The translations under genes and the position numbers were made by a program. Of a stretch of 64,000 nucleotides of DNA, positions 44,116 through 59,708 are shown one piece after another. Under the pieces are notes generated by a model, which saw nothing but the letters and a program-made list of their open reading frames with translations, was not told the DNA's origin and did no database searches. This stretch comes from Eledone cirrhosa (taxonomy: Eukaryota), in contig OZ024751.1 of assembly GCA_964016885.1 (NCBI GenBank), forward strand, positions 16,306,001 to 16,370,000, written 5' to 3'. Position 1 is the first letter of the stretch, and the number at the start of each line of letters is the position of its first letter.

Positions 44116-45460
44116 GGTTTCTTATTCAGATTGGTGGTTGTTACAAAATATCATAATATCTCATACACCATACATTTAGCAACGTCGACCTTTAACGAAA
44201 TAAATAAAACATACACAACTCTTTTCCGCTTATGAAAATATCGCCATTAAAGGGGCATAAACATCAATGTCTTCCGTTATAAATCTTAACTGTCATGTCT
44301 CTTAGGTGAAACAAGATATGAAACTATGGTCGAGAAACGGCCATATAGTTTGTGTGACGCTTGAATGTCACAATATTCAATATGTCTTCTTCTTATCAGT
44401 ATTTTGTTCGTGCTTATACATCAAACATACTTTATAATGTTAACATGACTAGCATTTAAACTGACATTGTGATTCTCCATTAATATTAAAGATCTTCTTC
44501 GATCGCTGTTGTTACATCATTTCTGCTTCTAAATTACACTTAGAATTTCGGTTAAAACACAAACACACACACACATACAGACACACATACATACATACAC
44601 ACATACACACATACACACACATACGCTAGCAAATTCTGCTTCATATCAAAATCTCGTAGTGTAAAGAAGCATGTTATTGAACATTTTCCTTCACCAGTCA
44701 TACATCTCAAATATAACTCTAAATTCTATATTACTTCAAAATGAAATGTGTTCATTTTATCGAGAGGTAAATTATTCTCCTGACGCTTTCAGAAAATACC
44801 ACTTTATTATTTCCTTGGAAAATAAAATATTATTTGGCTGGCATTTCAACGTTCATCAATATTTTGCTTAAAATTCATTGATATATTTTTATCCATTAAA
44901 CAACTCCAAAATACCAGCTAAGCCGACTCTAATGTACTGTCAAGACAGGAACCAGTAATCTTCTTCCCGTCATTATAGGATAGTGAAAGAGTTTAAAAGA
45001 AGAAAAACAATTTTCTTTTAAGAAAATAAATATAATGTATTTAGATAAAACAGCAAGAGGATTCGCGACTTGTCCGTCGCCAAACCAATAACAAATTGGA
45101 ATGTTGACATGACAGAGATAAATGAGAAAATTGGTTCTAGGGATAGATTCTACTAGGGAAAGTGACCTTTTGGAAACTTTGAATTTAATATATTCAGATT
45201 AATCCTTAGAGAAAACACGGCGCCAAGTTGCTTAGTTACGGTGGACGGAATAGAAGAGATCATTAAAAAAAAGTACTAGTCTACTATTACTCAATATCTC
45301 TTTCTTATTTTCTCTCTATCACTCGCTCTCCTGCCTTGGAAGAAATGGATTGTGCACAGACATGGAGAAGGCATGGACACCACTAGGTATATGATATTCA
45401 AGAAACACCCTATGTCACTACGGTACACATACGACTTCACCAGGTGTTACAAGTCCTTAC

Positions 45461-46070
45461 ATTCATTCATTCATTCATTCATTTATTCATTCTTTTTCTT
45501 AGTCCGCCCACTTATACCAGTGAGTGTCATGGGGGTAGAGTCGTCAAACACTCCCAGTGGGACCTGTTAGAAGCAACGTCTCCAACAGATGCGTTTGTAT
45601 CCCCAAGCAAGACCAGCCATCTTGCTCTGGGTCTACCCTTAGGTCTCCCGCCGGTTGGTTTTACCCGTAAAATCTGTCCAGCAATTCTTTCCTGAGATAT
45701 TCTAACCAAATACCCATAGTTTCGGAGTAGTGATCTCTCAATTCAGAGAAGTAGCGACTCTACCTGGAGTGACTCCCTGATCTCCGAGCTACGCATTCTA
45801 TCGAGTAACGGTATTCCAAAAACCCTTCGGAGGAAACCCATTTCAGTTGTTCGTATTCGCGATCGTATTCTTTCGATAATTACCCAAGATTCATGACCAT
45901 CAGTAAAGGTTGGCATGTATACCGAATTGAAAATAGCAAGTTTGACTTTTACATCTACCTCCCTTTTTCTGATTAATGAAAGCTGAAGCTGGCGTATTAC
46001 TGCAACAGCGTCTCTAATTCCTGCACTTATTCTATCCGTCTTGAATGTCGCCTCTAGATACTTGAACTTA
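45461..46070 (-). mobile_element. RTE-clade LINE 3' fragment
   Basis: Minus strand KFKYL..HESW..EMGFLRRV..RIAGQILRVKPTGGRPKGRPRARW; (TGAA)n tail. Confidence 0.85.
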
Positions 46071-46257
46071 TATGATAAATATAAAAGAGGTGTAGTTGTT
46101 ATAGTAGCAATAGATTAGATAAGAAGATAGTAATAATTGGTGACGAATACTTTAATATTACTTATTCATGCAAATACTAATCGTGACAGTTAATTGTCTG
46201 GATCACTGTTCCCACTGGAGCAGTTGATTGTTTATTGCTTAGCTTAGCGTAAGTGAA

Positions 46258-46640
46258 CATGCGTGGCCTAGTGGTGAGGAAGTTGGATTTACGATTACAA
46301 TTTGTGGGTTTGATTCCTGGACCGGGTTGTAGGGTATGTTCTTGAGCAAAACACCATTGTTACAAATAGTGGAGTTGTGTAGTCTAGTGGTAAAGCTGTT
46401 GTGCTTTCATTCATAATGTTGTGTGTTTCATTCCTGGACCGGCTTGTGTGGTGTGTTCTTGTGGAAAACACTTCTTTTCACGTTGTTCCAGTACACTCAG
46501 CTAGAAATTAGTACCAGCAGTAACTGAATGGGTGGGTGCTGGGTTAGCTCTGCGATGGACAGGCATCTTGTCTAGAGGAAAGTGTTGTATTCTCAGTCAC
46601 TTAACGCTGAGGAAACAAGGAAAAACACCAGTCAAATGAG
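46258..46640 (+). mobile_element. tRNA-derived SINE with duplicated head
   Basis: GTGGCCTAGTGG..TTGATTCCTGGACCGG..TGTTCTTGAGCAAAACA occurs twice. Confidence 0.65.
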
Positions 46641-48279
46641 CCTGTAGACAGACTTTAGACTTTATCTTAGCGGATGTACGCAGTCGAAAAGTTAAGAAGA
46701 TCGCTTAACAATTGTGACATCACGAGTTCTGTCCCATGCGTGACATCTTGGAGAAATATCTTTTTCTATAGTCACAGGTCGAAGTAGTTTCAAGAGTGAC
46801 ATTTTCTTGACGGAAACTACGTGGATTCCCATCGGTTTGACTGTATTTGTAATTTAAATCACTAACTGTGTTTCACCATGTCACGCTGATTCTAATTAAG
46901 AATTACATTATAGATATACACGTATGTAGAATATTCAGCATAGATAAATGGTTAAGATGTTTGCTTCGCAATCATTAGGTCCCAGGTTTGATCACACTGC
47001 GAGGTATCTTGGGCATGTGTCATTTCTCGTCGCCTCAAATTTACCCATGTTTTGTGAATCCTGTAGTATAGGTTGTATTTGAAAAATCAAAGGGCCAGTC
47101 TTGTGATTATCGCTACACCTGCCTGCGAAATACTCAGCCTCTTTCTAAGCAATTTCAATAAGTAGATAGTTCAGTTTAAGAATTTTATGCGCCCTTCTCA
47201 GTAAGTTTTCTACAAATCAAACCACCGAACGAGATTCCTTTTCTACTCAGAAAAATCACAGTCGCATTACACAGAATTTTCACATACATAACTGGAATGA
47301 GCTTCTAATTTCCTTTTACAAAACCTAACGATACTTGTCACTGATGCATATGAGAATGTATAACAATTTTTCACTCGCTGTTTTCCCCAACATAAAAATA
47401 AAGGCGCTGGAAGAGATGTTGAGATTTGTCCAAGTCAATCTACTGAACCATCTGCTATTGCAATTACCGCACCCACTGTTCGTCTCATCTCTATCTACTT
47501 AGGCACCATTCAAATGTTGTAGACTTATCTCTGTTGGAATATATTATATAATTCATCATTACATTTCCTTTCATAGATGATAACTAATCTAGTGGACAAC
47601 ATCAGCTAAACCAGTTTTATTAATAATTGATTTCCATGGAATTTGTTTGTTTTATGTATTTCTGTATTTTTATTTTAATCATTGCTTTGGTCTGTAGCAA
47701 GAGATTGTAACCATGATCTTTTACACGCGGGTCCTTATTTCAGTATAGCATCCTGATAGAGCCGATAAAATAAAGTAACAAAAAGTACTGGATTCAATTT
47801 TATCGACTTTCCCTTCGATCAAATTTCTGGAATTTTGTCTAAATTAGTAAACATTTAGTGTAGCAGTTTGGCAGAATCGTTGTATTAACTTATTTTTTTT
47901 CCGCTTCTTTAAGCTCGGAGTTCGAATTCTGCTGAAGCTAACGTAGCCTTTCTTCCTTCAGAGATTGATAATCTGAATTACCATTCATCTACTGGCGTCG
48001 ATTTAATTCATTTTCACTTACACAAACTTTGCTAACATTGTGCCTGAAGCAGAAAGTTTTGTATTGTATCTTCTTCCTACTCTACTGAAATAAGGTATGA
48101 TATGGTACCTTAACTCCTGATGGATTCGTAGAAGCACCGTAAAGGCATACGGGGTTTGGGGGGATTTTCTAAGCCCGGTGCAGCACACCACTTCTCCAGA
48201 CCTGAACACAACAAATTTCTTCCTGAGAAAAATAGAGTAAGCGAATGGAAGTGTGTAAGCGATATAGAGGAAAATGCAA

Positions 48280-48600
48280 CACCAGTACTTGCCTGGTACA
48301 TTATTATCGACCTCATATGGATGAAAGGCAAAGCTAACCTCGGCAGTATTTGACTCAGACAGCAGAAACCCGAAACGAATACCGCAGCGCATTACTCTAT
48401 CCAGCAGTATCAGTAGAGGGACGGACGCCATGCTTTGCAGAATGGAGTTACGACCCTTTACAGTCTGAGTTCAATCTCGCCGAGGTTAAATTTGCCTTTC
48501 ATCGTTATGGGGTCGATAAAATAAAGTACCAGTAATGCGGTAGGGTAATTGCTGGCCTTGTGCCAATTTAGAAACAATTATTCTATCCGACGTTCTAACA
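48280..48600. mobile_element. Plus-strand SINE (48403-48580) nested in an older minus-strand SINE
   Basis: TSD ATTA(C/T)TCTATCC at 48391 and 48577; the host SINE resumes afterwards. Confidence 0.75.
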
Positions 48601-48938
48601 ACACACTTAGTAGATACAATATAACAAATGCATTGGTGTAATTAGAAACCCCCCCCCCCCCCCCACCTAATTATAACAAAGAAAAAAGCAACAACAATAA
48701 CATAACAAACGATTACAATATCAGGAAACAGAAGATATGCAACGAAAATTAATGAAATCACTAATGGGAATTGCTATCCAGTCACACATTTAACAACAAT
48801 TATTTTAGCAAACGTTACGAGTATTATCTGGATATGTTAAATAGTAAGACAAATCGATGTGTAGCAATGACAACACCAATGCTAAAAAAAACGATGAGAA
48901 CAAATCTATATTACAAATTTGTGTATATATATGTATAT

Positions 48939-49047
<109 letters not shown>

Positions 49048-49062
49048 TATATATATATATAT

Positions 49063-49298
49063 ATAGTTATGTAATAAACAACATAAGGCAATTATTCCAT
49101 TTACCAGTGGTTTCTTAAAAGCAAAAGATTTTGCTTTCAATCCTCAGAATGAAAAAGGATTGAAAGCAAAATCTTTTGCTTTTAACAAACCACTGGTAAA
49201 TGGAATAATTGCCTTATGTTGTTTATTACATAACTATTAAGCTATGTTACCTACATAGAGCACTCTTTTTTCCTGGACTTTTCCGACGGAATTACTTC

Positions 49299-49302
<4 letters not shown>
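49063..49302 (+). mobile_element. Foldback with HHR 3' half
   Basis: Arms 49063-49144/49156-49237; GAAAGCAAAA-TC-TTTTGCTT (helix III plus CTT site); tail shared with ~58967-59028. Confidence 0.75.
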
Positions 49303-49356
<54 letters not shown>

Positions 49357-49357
49357 G

Positions 49358-49760
49358 GGGTAACAAGTTATCGTTATAGGTAACCCAGTTAGAGGTAATC
49401 CGGTTAGAGTACTCTACGTCGTGGATGGTTTTAACGTACGGCTTTGTTTGACTCAACAAGATGTTCCCATAGTTATGCAGCGAGTTCGCGGTAATTTCTA
49501 TGTAGGTTATACTTAGACTAATAATAGTTAAAGAAAGAAGAGTAACATGGTAAGCTGTACGATAAGGGCTTTATTTAAAGTACTGACAATTGTTTCGTTG
49601 ATCAGGTGTATTGACCAGTTGTAAACAATGTATTGGAGATCGATTGACGCAGCCTCAAGCGATTAGCGAACTCTAGACACACCTGATCAACGAAACAATT
49701 GTCAGTACTTTAAATAAAGCCCTTATTGTAGAGCCAACCATGTTACTCTTCTTTCTTTAA

Positions 49761-49762
<2 letters not shown>
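49358..49762 (-). mobile_element. Foldback with HHR 3' half
   Basis: Arms 49526-49609/49679-49762; GAAAC-AATT-GTC-AGTAC; extra arm fragment at ~49854-49886. Confidence 0.75.
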
Positions 49763-49856
<94 letters not shown>

Positions 49857-49883
49857 AAAGAAGAGTAACATGGTTGGCTGTAC

Positions 49884-49926
<43 letters not shown>

Positions 49927-49937
49927 TGAGATTCTGC

Positions 49938-49995
<58 letters not shown>

Positions 49996-50611
49996 ATATA
50001 TATATATGTGTACATATGTGTGTATGTATGTGTGTGTATGTATGTGTATGTATGTATGTGTATATTTATATATATAAATATATTTATATGTGTGTCTGTG
50101 TATATGTGTGTCTGTGTATGTGTGTTTACGGGTGCGCGCGAGTGTGTGAGTGAGTGTGTCTTGTGAATGTGTCTGTTGTTTTTTGGCATATAGTTGAATA
50201 GTTTAAGAGTAATTTGAGGATAATTGTAAGATATGCACTTAATATTCTGAATTTGTCTACAGAATTCTCTAAACCTTTGTCACTTAGTAGAACCTTAATG
50301 ATTTTAGCTTTTAAAGAATCTCCCTTTCCTTTAAATCTATCTACCATGACTGACCCCCCACTGATCTTATAGACACCTGTTAGCTTAAGAGAAACTTAAT
50401 GGCATGCCACCCTGAACCTGTTTATAGAATTCTGTCTGCCTTTGTTACTCTAAAAACAAAAATAAATAAAAATAAAAATAAAAATAAACTATAGCTTTGT
50501 AGAATTAGCTTTTAATGAATTCCCTTTTCTATCAACCAATGACCTACACCCATCCCACTCCCCACCCTCTCCTACCACTTGTATAAATACCATACTTATT
50601 TTTTGATACCC

Positions 50612-50662
50612 AGATTCCTGATGATTTCTAAAGAATGAAACAGTTCTAGTCCTGTAGAATCT
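50612..50662 (+). ncRNA. Complete type I hammerhead motif with a true helix III
   Basis: AGATTC-CTGATGA-T-TTC-TAAA-GAA-T-GAAACAG-TTCTAGTC-CTGTA-GAATCT. Confidence 0.85.
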
Positions 50663-50744
50663 CATCTATATTAAAACTTTTATACTCTGCAATGTATTGA
50701 GTACCTTACTTACTGTGGTTACCTCCGATTCAACCCGGAATAAC

Positions 50745-50819
<75 letters not shown>

Positions 50820-50824
<5 letters not shown>

Positions 50825-51107
50825 ATACTTGGGGAGGGTCATATTTGCGTAATATTGCCAGAATTAATAACAGAACACACTCACTGTTTGGTTGGTTTTC
50901 GCTTCTCGCTGTCTTTTATTATATCTGCGATCTAACTTACTCGGTCCTATAAGTCTGGTAGGATGTTAATAGATAGCATGCCAAACCACATCGAGGCAAT
51001 GCAACCCCACATCACCAACACGAGCGAAGTTGCACAACCAACACACGATGTTCTGTTATTAATTCTGGCAATATTACGCAAATATGACCCTCCCCAAGTA
51101 TAACAAT
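50820..51107. mobile_element. MITE-like element with ~58-bp terminal inverted repeats; one-ended copy at ~11797-11930
   Basis: TTGTTATACTTGGGGAGGGTCATATTTGCGTAATATTGCCAGAATTAATAACAGAACA and its reverse complement. Confidence 0.8.
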
Positions 51108-51167
51108 ATCTGTTTCGACACACGATTTCATATAAAAAACCTCGCAAAACTAATTCATCGCCGCTAT

Positions 51168-51257
<90 letters not shown>

Positions 51258-51264
51258 ACATATA

Positions 51265-51409
51265 TATTTCTGAAGACGGCATATATATGTGTTTGGTATG
51301 TATATTTAATCTTGATAGTTTGTATAATTTTGTATAATTTTGTACATAGATCTGTTGAATATGCATGCCAATTCTAACACATATATATCCTAGAAACGAT
51401 CGTTAAATA
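51265..51409 (+). ncRNA. Type I hammerhead motif with ~115-nt stem II region
   Basis: TATTT-CTGAAGA-..ATATATATGTGTT..AACACATATATAT..-GAAAC-GATC-GTT-AAATA. Confidence 0.78.
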
Positions 51410-51608
51410 ATGAACTTTTTTTGTTTAATATAAGGAACTGTTTCATTGTTTTATTCATTATTTGTTTAATATTTTATCTTGACTCTGTATTCTGTTTATC
51501 TTTCACCGAAAGTGATTTTTCATTACATCTCTTCTTTCCATGATATCCGGAATACATTGAGTTCTTCATACGGATTGGACACTACCGTAAACTCTTGGTA
51601 GATTTATC

Positions 51609-51672
<64 letters not shown>

Positions 51673-51687
51673 TATATACAGTCATTA

Positions 51688-51875
51688 TTGGATCGGCAGT
51701 ATCAGTAGAAGCTCGGACGTACTGCTTTGCAGCATAGATTTACGGCTGTTTACGGTCAGAGTTCAAATCCCGCGGAGGTTAACTTTGCCTTTCATCCTTA
51801 CGGGGTCGATAAAATAAAGTACCAGTAATGCACTGGGATATTTGGTGGCCTTGTGCCAAAAGTAGACACAATTAT
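51688..51875 (+). mobile_element. Major-family SINE
   Basis: Family consensus match. Confidence 0.85.
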
Positions 51876-51961
51876 TATTAAGCCTAAAATGTGTGTCTTG
51901 TTACACTGGAGTTTCGCCTGTTTATCACAGTAATCAAGCTCTACTTACTTTCAGTCGTCAA

Positions 51962-52013
<52 letters not shown>

Positions 52014-52032
52014 GTATATATATATATATGTA

Positions 52033-52070
<38 letters not shown>

Positions 52071-52073
<3 letters not shown>

Positions 52074-52290
52074 TAGAAAATGTGTGAAATCCTTGGTACA
52101 GTCTGGTATATTTGAAAAACGGAAAAGAATGATTTCCCTTGTAATTTGATTTAATTTAATTTTTATAATATTATAATATTATAAAAATAAAATTAAATCA
52201 AATTGTTTAGAACTAGAAGGGATGTCATTCTTTTCCGTTTTTCAAATATAGCAGACGACACTACCAAGGATTTCACACATTTTCCAATAT
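52071..52290. mobile_element. Diverged foldback in (TA)n, no HHR core seen
   Basis: AAAATGTGTGAAATCCTTGGTA../..TACCAAGGATTTCACACATTTT arms of ~100 bp. Confidence 0.75.
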
Positions 52291-52447
52291 ATATATATAT
52301 ATATCCATATGTAGTTGACGACTTCCTCTTACATCTCTCTCTTAATAGCACCTGGTTCTGTTACCAGGAGATTTACCCAACTGCATTGTTGAGGCCTCCC
52401 GAACGACAATACACACACACACACACACGCACACACAAACACACACA

Positions 52448-52489
<42 letters not shown>

Positions 52490-52709
52490 TACACATACAC
52501 ACACACATACATACATACATACATACATACATACAATAATTTAACTTTAATTATATCTCATAAAATAATACAACTGGTTTTTCCACATTATACATATTGT
52601 TAGCACCCCAAACACTTAAATTGGGTTTATATTTTAATATAACCTAATGTTTGTTGAGTGAGATGGTTACCAGTCAGAGTTTAGCTTTAAACTATCTCTG
52701 TTATTGTAT

Positions 52710-52747
<38 letters not shown>

Positions 52748-53089
52748 TACCAGCAAAAATGCGATGGTTTATAGTAAGAGATATTTAATTAAACATTTCT
52801 TTACACCATTCTTCGATATTTTCTGCACTTTCTCGCACATCAACAATCACCAGATTTAATTTTACATTAATTTAAATAAATTACAATAATTTTCTTCCAC
52901 ATTTTTTTTTATCATTATCAAACATATACCCACTCAATCACGATGAGTTACTTCTTTTATGCATTCTTTTTTCTATCTATATATCTATCTATTTTCGGAC
53001 TGTTATTGGTAAATACACAGACATAAATAACCATAGATTGATAGTCACTCATACAGATTGGTAGATATATAGATTAAGAGATATATATA

Positions 53090-53471
53090 GGGACTAGCAA
53101 CAAACTTTGCCATTGGGAGCTGGACCAACCCCCGAACAGGAAGTCACTCTGTGGTGCCAAACGTACCGTCTTCCACATCTAGTATAAGGAGCAGATATTG
53201 CAATAGCCTAGCATTCAAGGACCTTCACCTCTTCAACAAGCTGCCGAGGGATCTGAGTGATCTGCATGTGTGGAGGTGGATGTCTTCAAGAAACATCTCG
53301 ACAACTTGCTATCCAGGATACCGGATGAGTCTACAGCAAGGCAGCAGCAACGAACTCCCTCTTGCACCAGTGGCCAACCGATACAGGCTGGAGATAAAAT
53401 GTGTAGCAACAAAGGGCGGTGCCCCAGCATGGCCTTAGCCGGATGGCTGGCACAGGTAAAAGAGTAAAAGA
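53090..53471 (+). mobile_element. CR1-group LINE 3' end
   Basis: NSLAFK..LFNKLPRDL..VDVFKKHLDNLLSRIPDE (frameshifted); short TAAAAGAG tandem tail. Confidence 0.7.
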
Positions 53472-53738
53472 GTATATATATATATGTATATAACAAAGGA
53501 ATTGTGGTAAGGAACCAAATTGACCATAACGCACCAGAGTACTCAATACTTAGGGTAGTAGAGTGGGAAATAGGAAAAAGTATGACCCCGACGGCAGAGC
53601 TCAGGCCGTTTCGACGGCTATTTCTGGACTCCAGAAACCTAATAACAACTAAAAGTCCAGAAATAGCCGTCGAAACGGCTTGAGCTCTGCCGTCGGAGTC
53701 ATACTTTTTCCTATATATATGTATATATATATATATAT

Positions 53739-54180
53739 AATAAGGAAATACAAAATGTAGATGATAAAGTCCTTTATTGATAAGGCGGTAATACATATTT
53801 CGAGGACGACAATTTGTTACGCAATACAGCGTAGAAGCTAGTGCCATGCTCTCTTCAGACAGCGCCTTACATAATAAAGTTACCATCAAGAAGGTAATTA
53901 TTTAATAAACATCGCTGTTTGTCCGTTGCCTTTGTCATTTCAATTTTCGATTATCTCCTTTATTGTAACTTTATTATGTAAGACGCTGTTTGAAGAGAGC
54001 ATGGCACTAGCTTCTACGCTGCATTGCATAACCATTTGTCGTCCTCGAAATATTTATAACGGCCTTATCGAAATATTTATAACGACTTTATCATCTACAC
54101 TTTGTATTTCCTTATTCTAAAAATACTCCGAGGAAAATGCACGTGGAGTTCTTGAATTGAATTACATCAATATTTTTACA

Positions 54181-54185
<5 letters not shown>
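53739..54185 (+). mobile_element. Foldback HHR element
   Basis: Arms ~53739-53899/~53950-54116; HHR GCTGT-(C/T)TGAAGA-GAG..CTC-GAAAT-NNNN-AT(A/T)-AC.GC at 53985-54063 (+) and 53785-53863 (-); ACTCC/GGAGT tail hairpin. Confidence 0.85.
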
Positions 54186-54231
<46 letters not shown>

Positions 54232-54414
54232 AACAAGTAAGACCCCCGACAGCTGAGGTACAGCCGTTTCGACGGCTAATCCAGAATTAGCCGTCGAAAC
54301 GGCTTGAGCTCAGCTGTCGGGGTCTTACTTGTTCCTATTACCCACTCTACTACCCTAAGTATTGAGTACTTTGGTGCGTTATGCTCCACCTGGTTCCTTA
54401 CCACATTTCCTTCG

Positions 54415-54541
<127 letters not shown>

Positions 54542-54576
54542 TACATACACACGCACGCACACACAAAGACACACAC

Positions 54577-54641
<65 letters not shown>

Positions 54642-55546
54642 TATCAACTCCTACACTACTTATTACACAATTAGAATCTACAAATAAATCTAAAACTCTG
54701 ATTGATGTCTAGACGTTAAAAACACTGATATTTTAATTTCTTTGAAATACTACACGAACGAGAATAATAAAAATAAAAACGTACGACAATGTACATAAAC
54801 TAAAAAGTTAAACAAATTGGATGAAGTTCTTGTTTTACGAATTTATTGGCTTGCAGTAGTATATGCGATAAGGAAAAAAAAAAATCCATGTTTTTTGTAA
54901 TATTCTAAAAGGAATGATATTTAATCTTTTTTTTCCCTCTTCTTATGTACCGAATAGGAGGTGAATGCATTTTCACCAAGTTTCTGACATTCTTGCTCTC
55001 TATACATTCTGATTTGTATCTAAAATAATCTGCTTTCCAAATTTAGAAATCTTGAAAATAGCATCGATATGGTTTGAATTTCAGCTTCATCACATCCATC
55101 GTATTCACACTGCAGTTCTAAATTCAAAGGTCTGCCCTTCTTTAGGTCCACATCATACGTGCCAAGCATTGCCCCGAACTTTGGAATTATATATTATACA
55201 ATGAAATGAAACATGAATGTAATCGATGTTTTATGAAAGTAATGGAAGTGATTGACTAAATTTTAATTATTATCATATTTAATTATTATCGTTATTATCA
55301 TACGTGATTTCAGTTGCAATCATGAAATAATATGTTCATCAACAGAACAAGATTAAATCAACTGGGGGACCTAGGGCGAACATTTAGAGTTCGCAACACC
55401 TGCTCACAAGAAACCTAATAATAAATAAAAGTTCATTAATATAAGCCCACGCATAAAATGATGTTGATATTCAAGTATCAATGCATGCTGACCATTTAAA
55501 AATTAGGGATATCAAAAGAATTTGACGAAAAAATATTTCATAACTA

Positions 55547-55876
55547 CAGGGTGGGCCAGAATTCATGACTCACTTGATTATCTATAGATCGATTAACACA
55601 GGCTGCAGACTTCAGTGATGTTGTATGTTTTAGCAAATATTCTCACACCTTGAACACCTTTTTTCAAGCTTAGCAAAGTATGTGCCATGGTTAATCAAAT
55701 TTAGAAAAAATAAATAAAAAAACCTGTGAGGCATATTAAGAAATAAAAATATATATTAAGAAACCTGCTAAGCTTATTAAGAAATAAAATAATAAATTAA
55801 AACAATAAAATAACAATAAAATAAGCATGTTAAGAAATATAGCTAACGAGCGAGTCATGAATTCTGGCCCACCCTG
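55547..55876. mobile_element. Tc1/mariner-type MITE
   Basis: Perfect 25-bp TIR CAGGGTGGGCCAGAATTCATGACTC with TA on both sides. Confidence 0.92.
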
Positions 55877-56994
55877 TACATTTCAATAATTGAAAGCCGC
55901 TATATAAGGTCATGGGCTGCAGCTCACGTATCTTATATTTGGAAAAATATTTTAATTACCAGAATTATTTTTCATTAAATGGCATTTATGTTTGATGATA
56001 TTTTACGTTTAGCTTAATTGAAAAATTTGCTGTGGTTGATTAGTCATAGTCTAAGCCTAAAGTTTGTCTCCAGCCTGGACGCCCATCAGACCGGTGCTTA
56101 TCCCGGTTTCCATCACAGGGTTAAAATCCCAGCTATTGCTGGTACTCATTTGCAGTTGAGTATACATGAAATGAAGTGTTTAAGTCAAGAACACAACACA
56201 CAACCCAATCCAGGAACTGAAAACACAATGTTATGGTCATAAGTCCAGCACCCTTACCATTAAGCCACGTGCTTCTATAAGCCAACTGTAGCCATAAGCC
56301 AACTTTATTCAAATAGGTCTATGACCATAGACAAGCAATTCTTTTTTTGTATCCTGAAATACATTGTCTAGACTTTCAGGCCTTTTTATCGTGAAGTTTA
56401 TGTCTTTAGATATTTCGAACTGCTATTTCTAGTAAGTAGATCGTGAGACCACATAGAAGCATCTTTGATGAATTGGATATAATTGGCTTGGTTATTGAAT
56501 ATATTAGCAATAGACAACATGTATTGCACTTTAGGAGAAACATTAGATCAGGAAATTTGGTTAACATAGCCGGATGTCTTCTGAAAATTATCAATGAACA
56601 TAAATTTGACTGAAAAGAAAATACTTAAATTAGATCCCAAGCGGCCGAAATATGTCACTGAATCAGCGTGTAAATTGATTTATTACTGCAATAACTGAAT
56701 CTGATACCTGGAAAATACAGCTATATCTAATTACATAATTTGACATAATGAAGTCACGTAGTTCACTATAAATATAATTAACGATAAAATATCTTGACAC
56801 GAAACGTTCAAATTCGTAGCTGTTTTGGTTTCTAAATCACATAAGCGCCAGGGAGTGCCATAGTGGATACTGTGATAAGCTGTACACTGCACCTGTGTAA
56901 GTAAGTTTAGATGGTCTCCTGTAAGGTTAGATCACATAGGAGGTTTGTCGGGTGTTGGAATTAAATTTTTCTATTTAAATCTACATAACATTTG

Positions 56995-58530
<1,536 letters not shown>

Positions 58531-58537
58531 ATAATAT

Positions 58538-58860
58538 AATAAAACAGGGACTAGTGGTTACTCCTTCATTACGTTTATTGGTTGGTGATGCGCGTTTCGC
58601 CACTGATCAGCTCAAGGTTCGATCTGTGTCTGACGAGCCGTGGATTACAATGTCGGGCTAGATCGATACAGATCGAACCTTCACCTGATCAGTGGCGAAA
58701 CGCGCGTCACCAACCAATAAACGAAAATGAAGGAGTAACCACTTGTCCTTGTTTTATTTTCCTGTAATACACTCTGTCTAGCTCTACACCTCAACACAGA
58801 AGAGAACCTAAACATCGAGTACTCACCCGGGTGAACCTACAGTAACTCCACATTACGCTA
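58538..58860 (+). mobile_element. Foldback element with HHR at 58628-58710
   Basis: Arms ~58538-58630/~58666-58759; CTGACGA-GCCGTGGATTA..TGATCAGTGGC-GAAAC-GCGC-GTC; 5' strand of helix I mostly lost at the junction. Confidence 0.8.
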
Positions 58861-58911
58861 CACACACACATATATATATATACATATATATATATACATA
58901 TATATATATAC

Positions 58912-59028
58912 ATTTAATTAGAAGGTGAACAGCACAAACTATATGTTGTGCACCTTCTAATTAAATAGCTCTGTTCTATACATAGAGCACTCTTTTTCCG
59001 TTTGTTTTTCTTTCGGAATTACCTAACA
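58912..59028 (+). mobile_element. Micro-foldback plus tail
   Basis: ATTTAATTAGAAGGTG/CACCTTCTAATTAAAT then GCTC..GAGC hairpin; tail similar to 49240-49302. Confidence 0.7.
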
Positions 59029-59153
59029 TATATATATATATATGTAAAAAATACTAGTTTGTTTCTCAATTGATGTATTCTCGTATATCGTTTACAAATA
59101 TTATATATATATATGAATATATACACACTAATGCGCGCGCGCGCGCGTGTGTA

Positions 59154-59199
<46 letters not shown>

Positions 59200-59345
59200 T
59201 GTGTGTGTGTGCATGTGCGTTTGTGTGAAGATACTGAGTTAAATCGGGGTTAACCAGAACTATAACCGTGTGGTTCGTATGAAATCATCATACATACATG
59301 CAAAGCAGTTCTAGTCCAGTAGCAGCCATTTCTACATTAAATAAT

Positions 59346-59529
59346 TGTTTCTACTTTTGGCCCAAGGCCAGCAATTATCCCAGTGTATTACTGGTACTTT
59401 ATTTTATCGAACCCGTAAGGATGGAAGGCAAAGTCAACCTCAGCGGGATTTGAACTCACATCGTTAAGGGACGTAACTATGCTGGAAAGCATGGCGTCCG
59501 ACCCTCTACCGATTCTACTGCCAAATCCA
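59346..59529 (-). mobile_element. Major-family SINE with ~20-bp TSD
   Basis: CCATTTCTACATTAAATAAT at 59326-59345 and 59530-59549. Confidence 0.9.
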
Positions 59530-59654
59530 CCATTTCTACATTAAATAATGATCTATCTATATATATATAAATAAAATCAGAATTCTATTTGTCTCTCAAG
59601 CTTATTTCAGGCCGTTTGCTTGCAAAGGAATCGAATATTAATGTTCGATATCAC

Positions 59655-59708
<54 letters not shown>

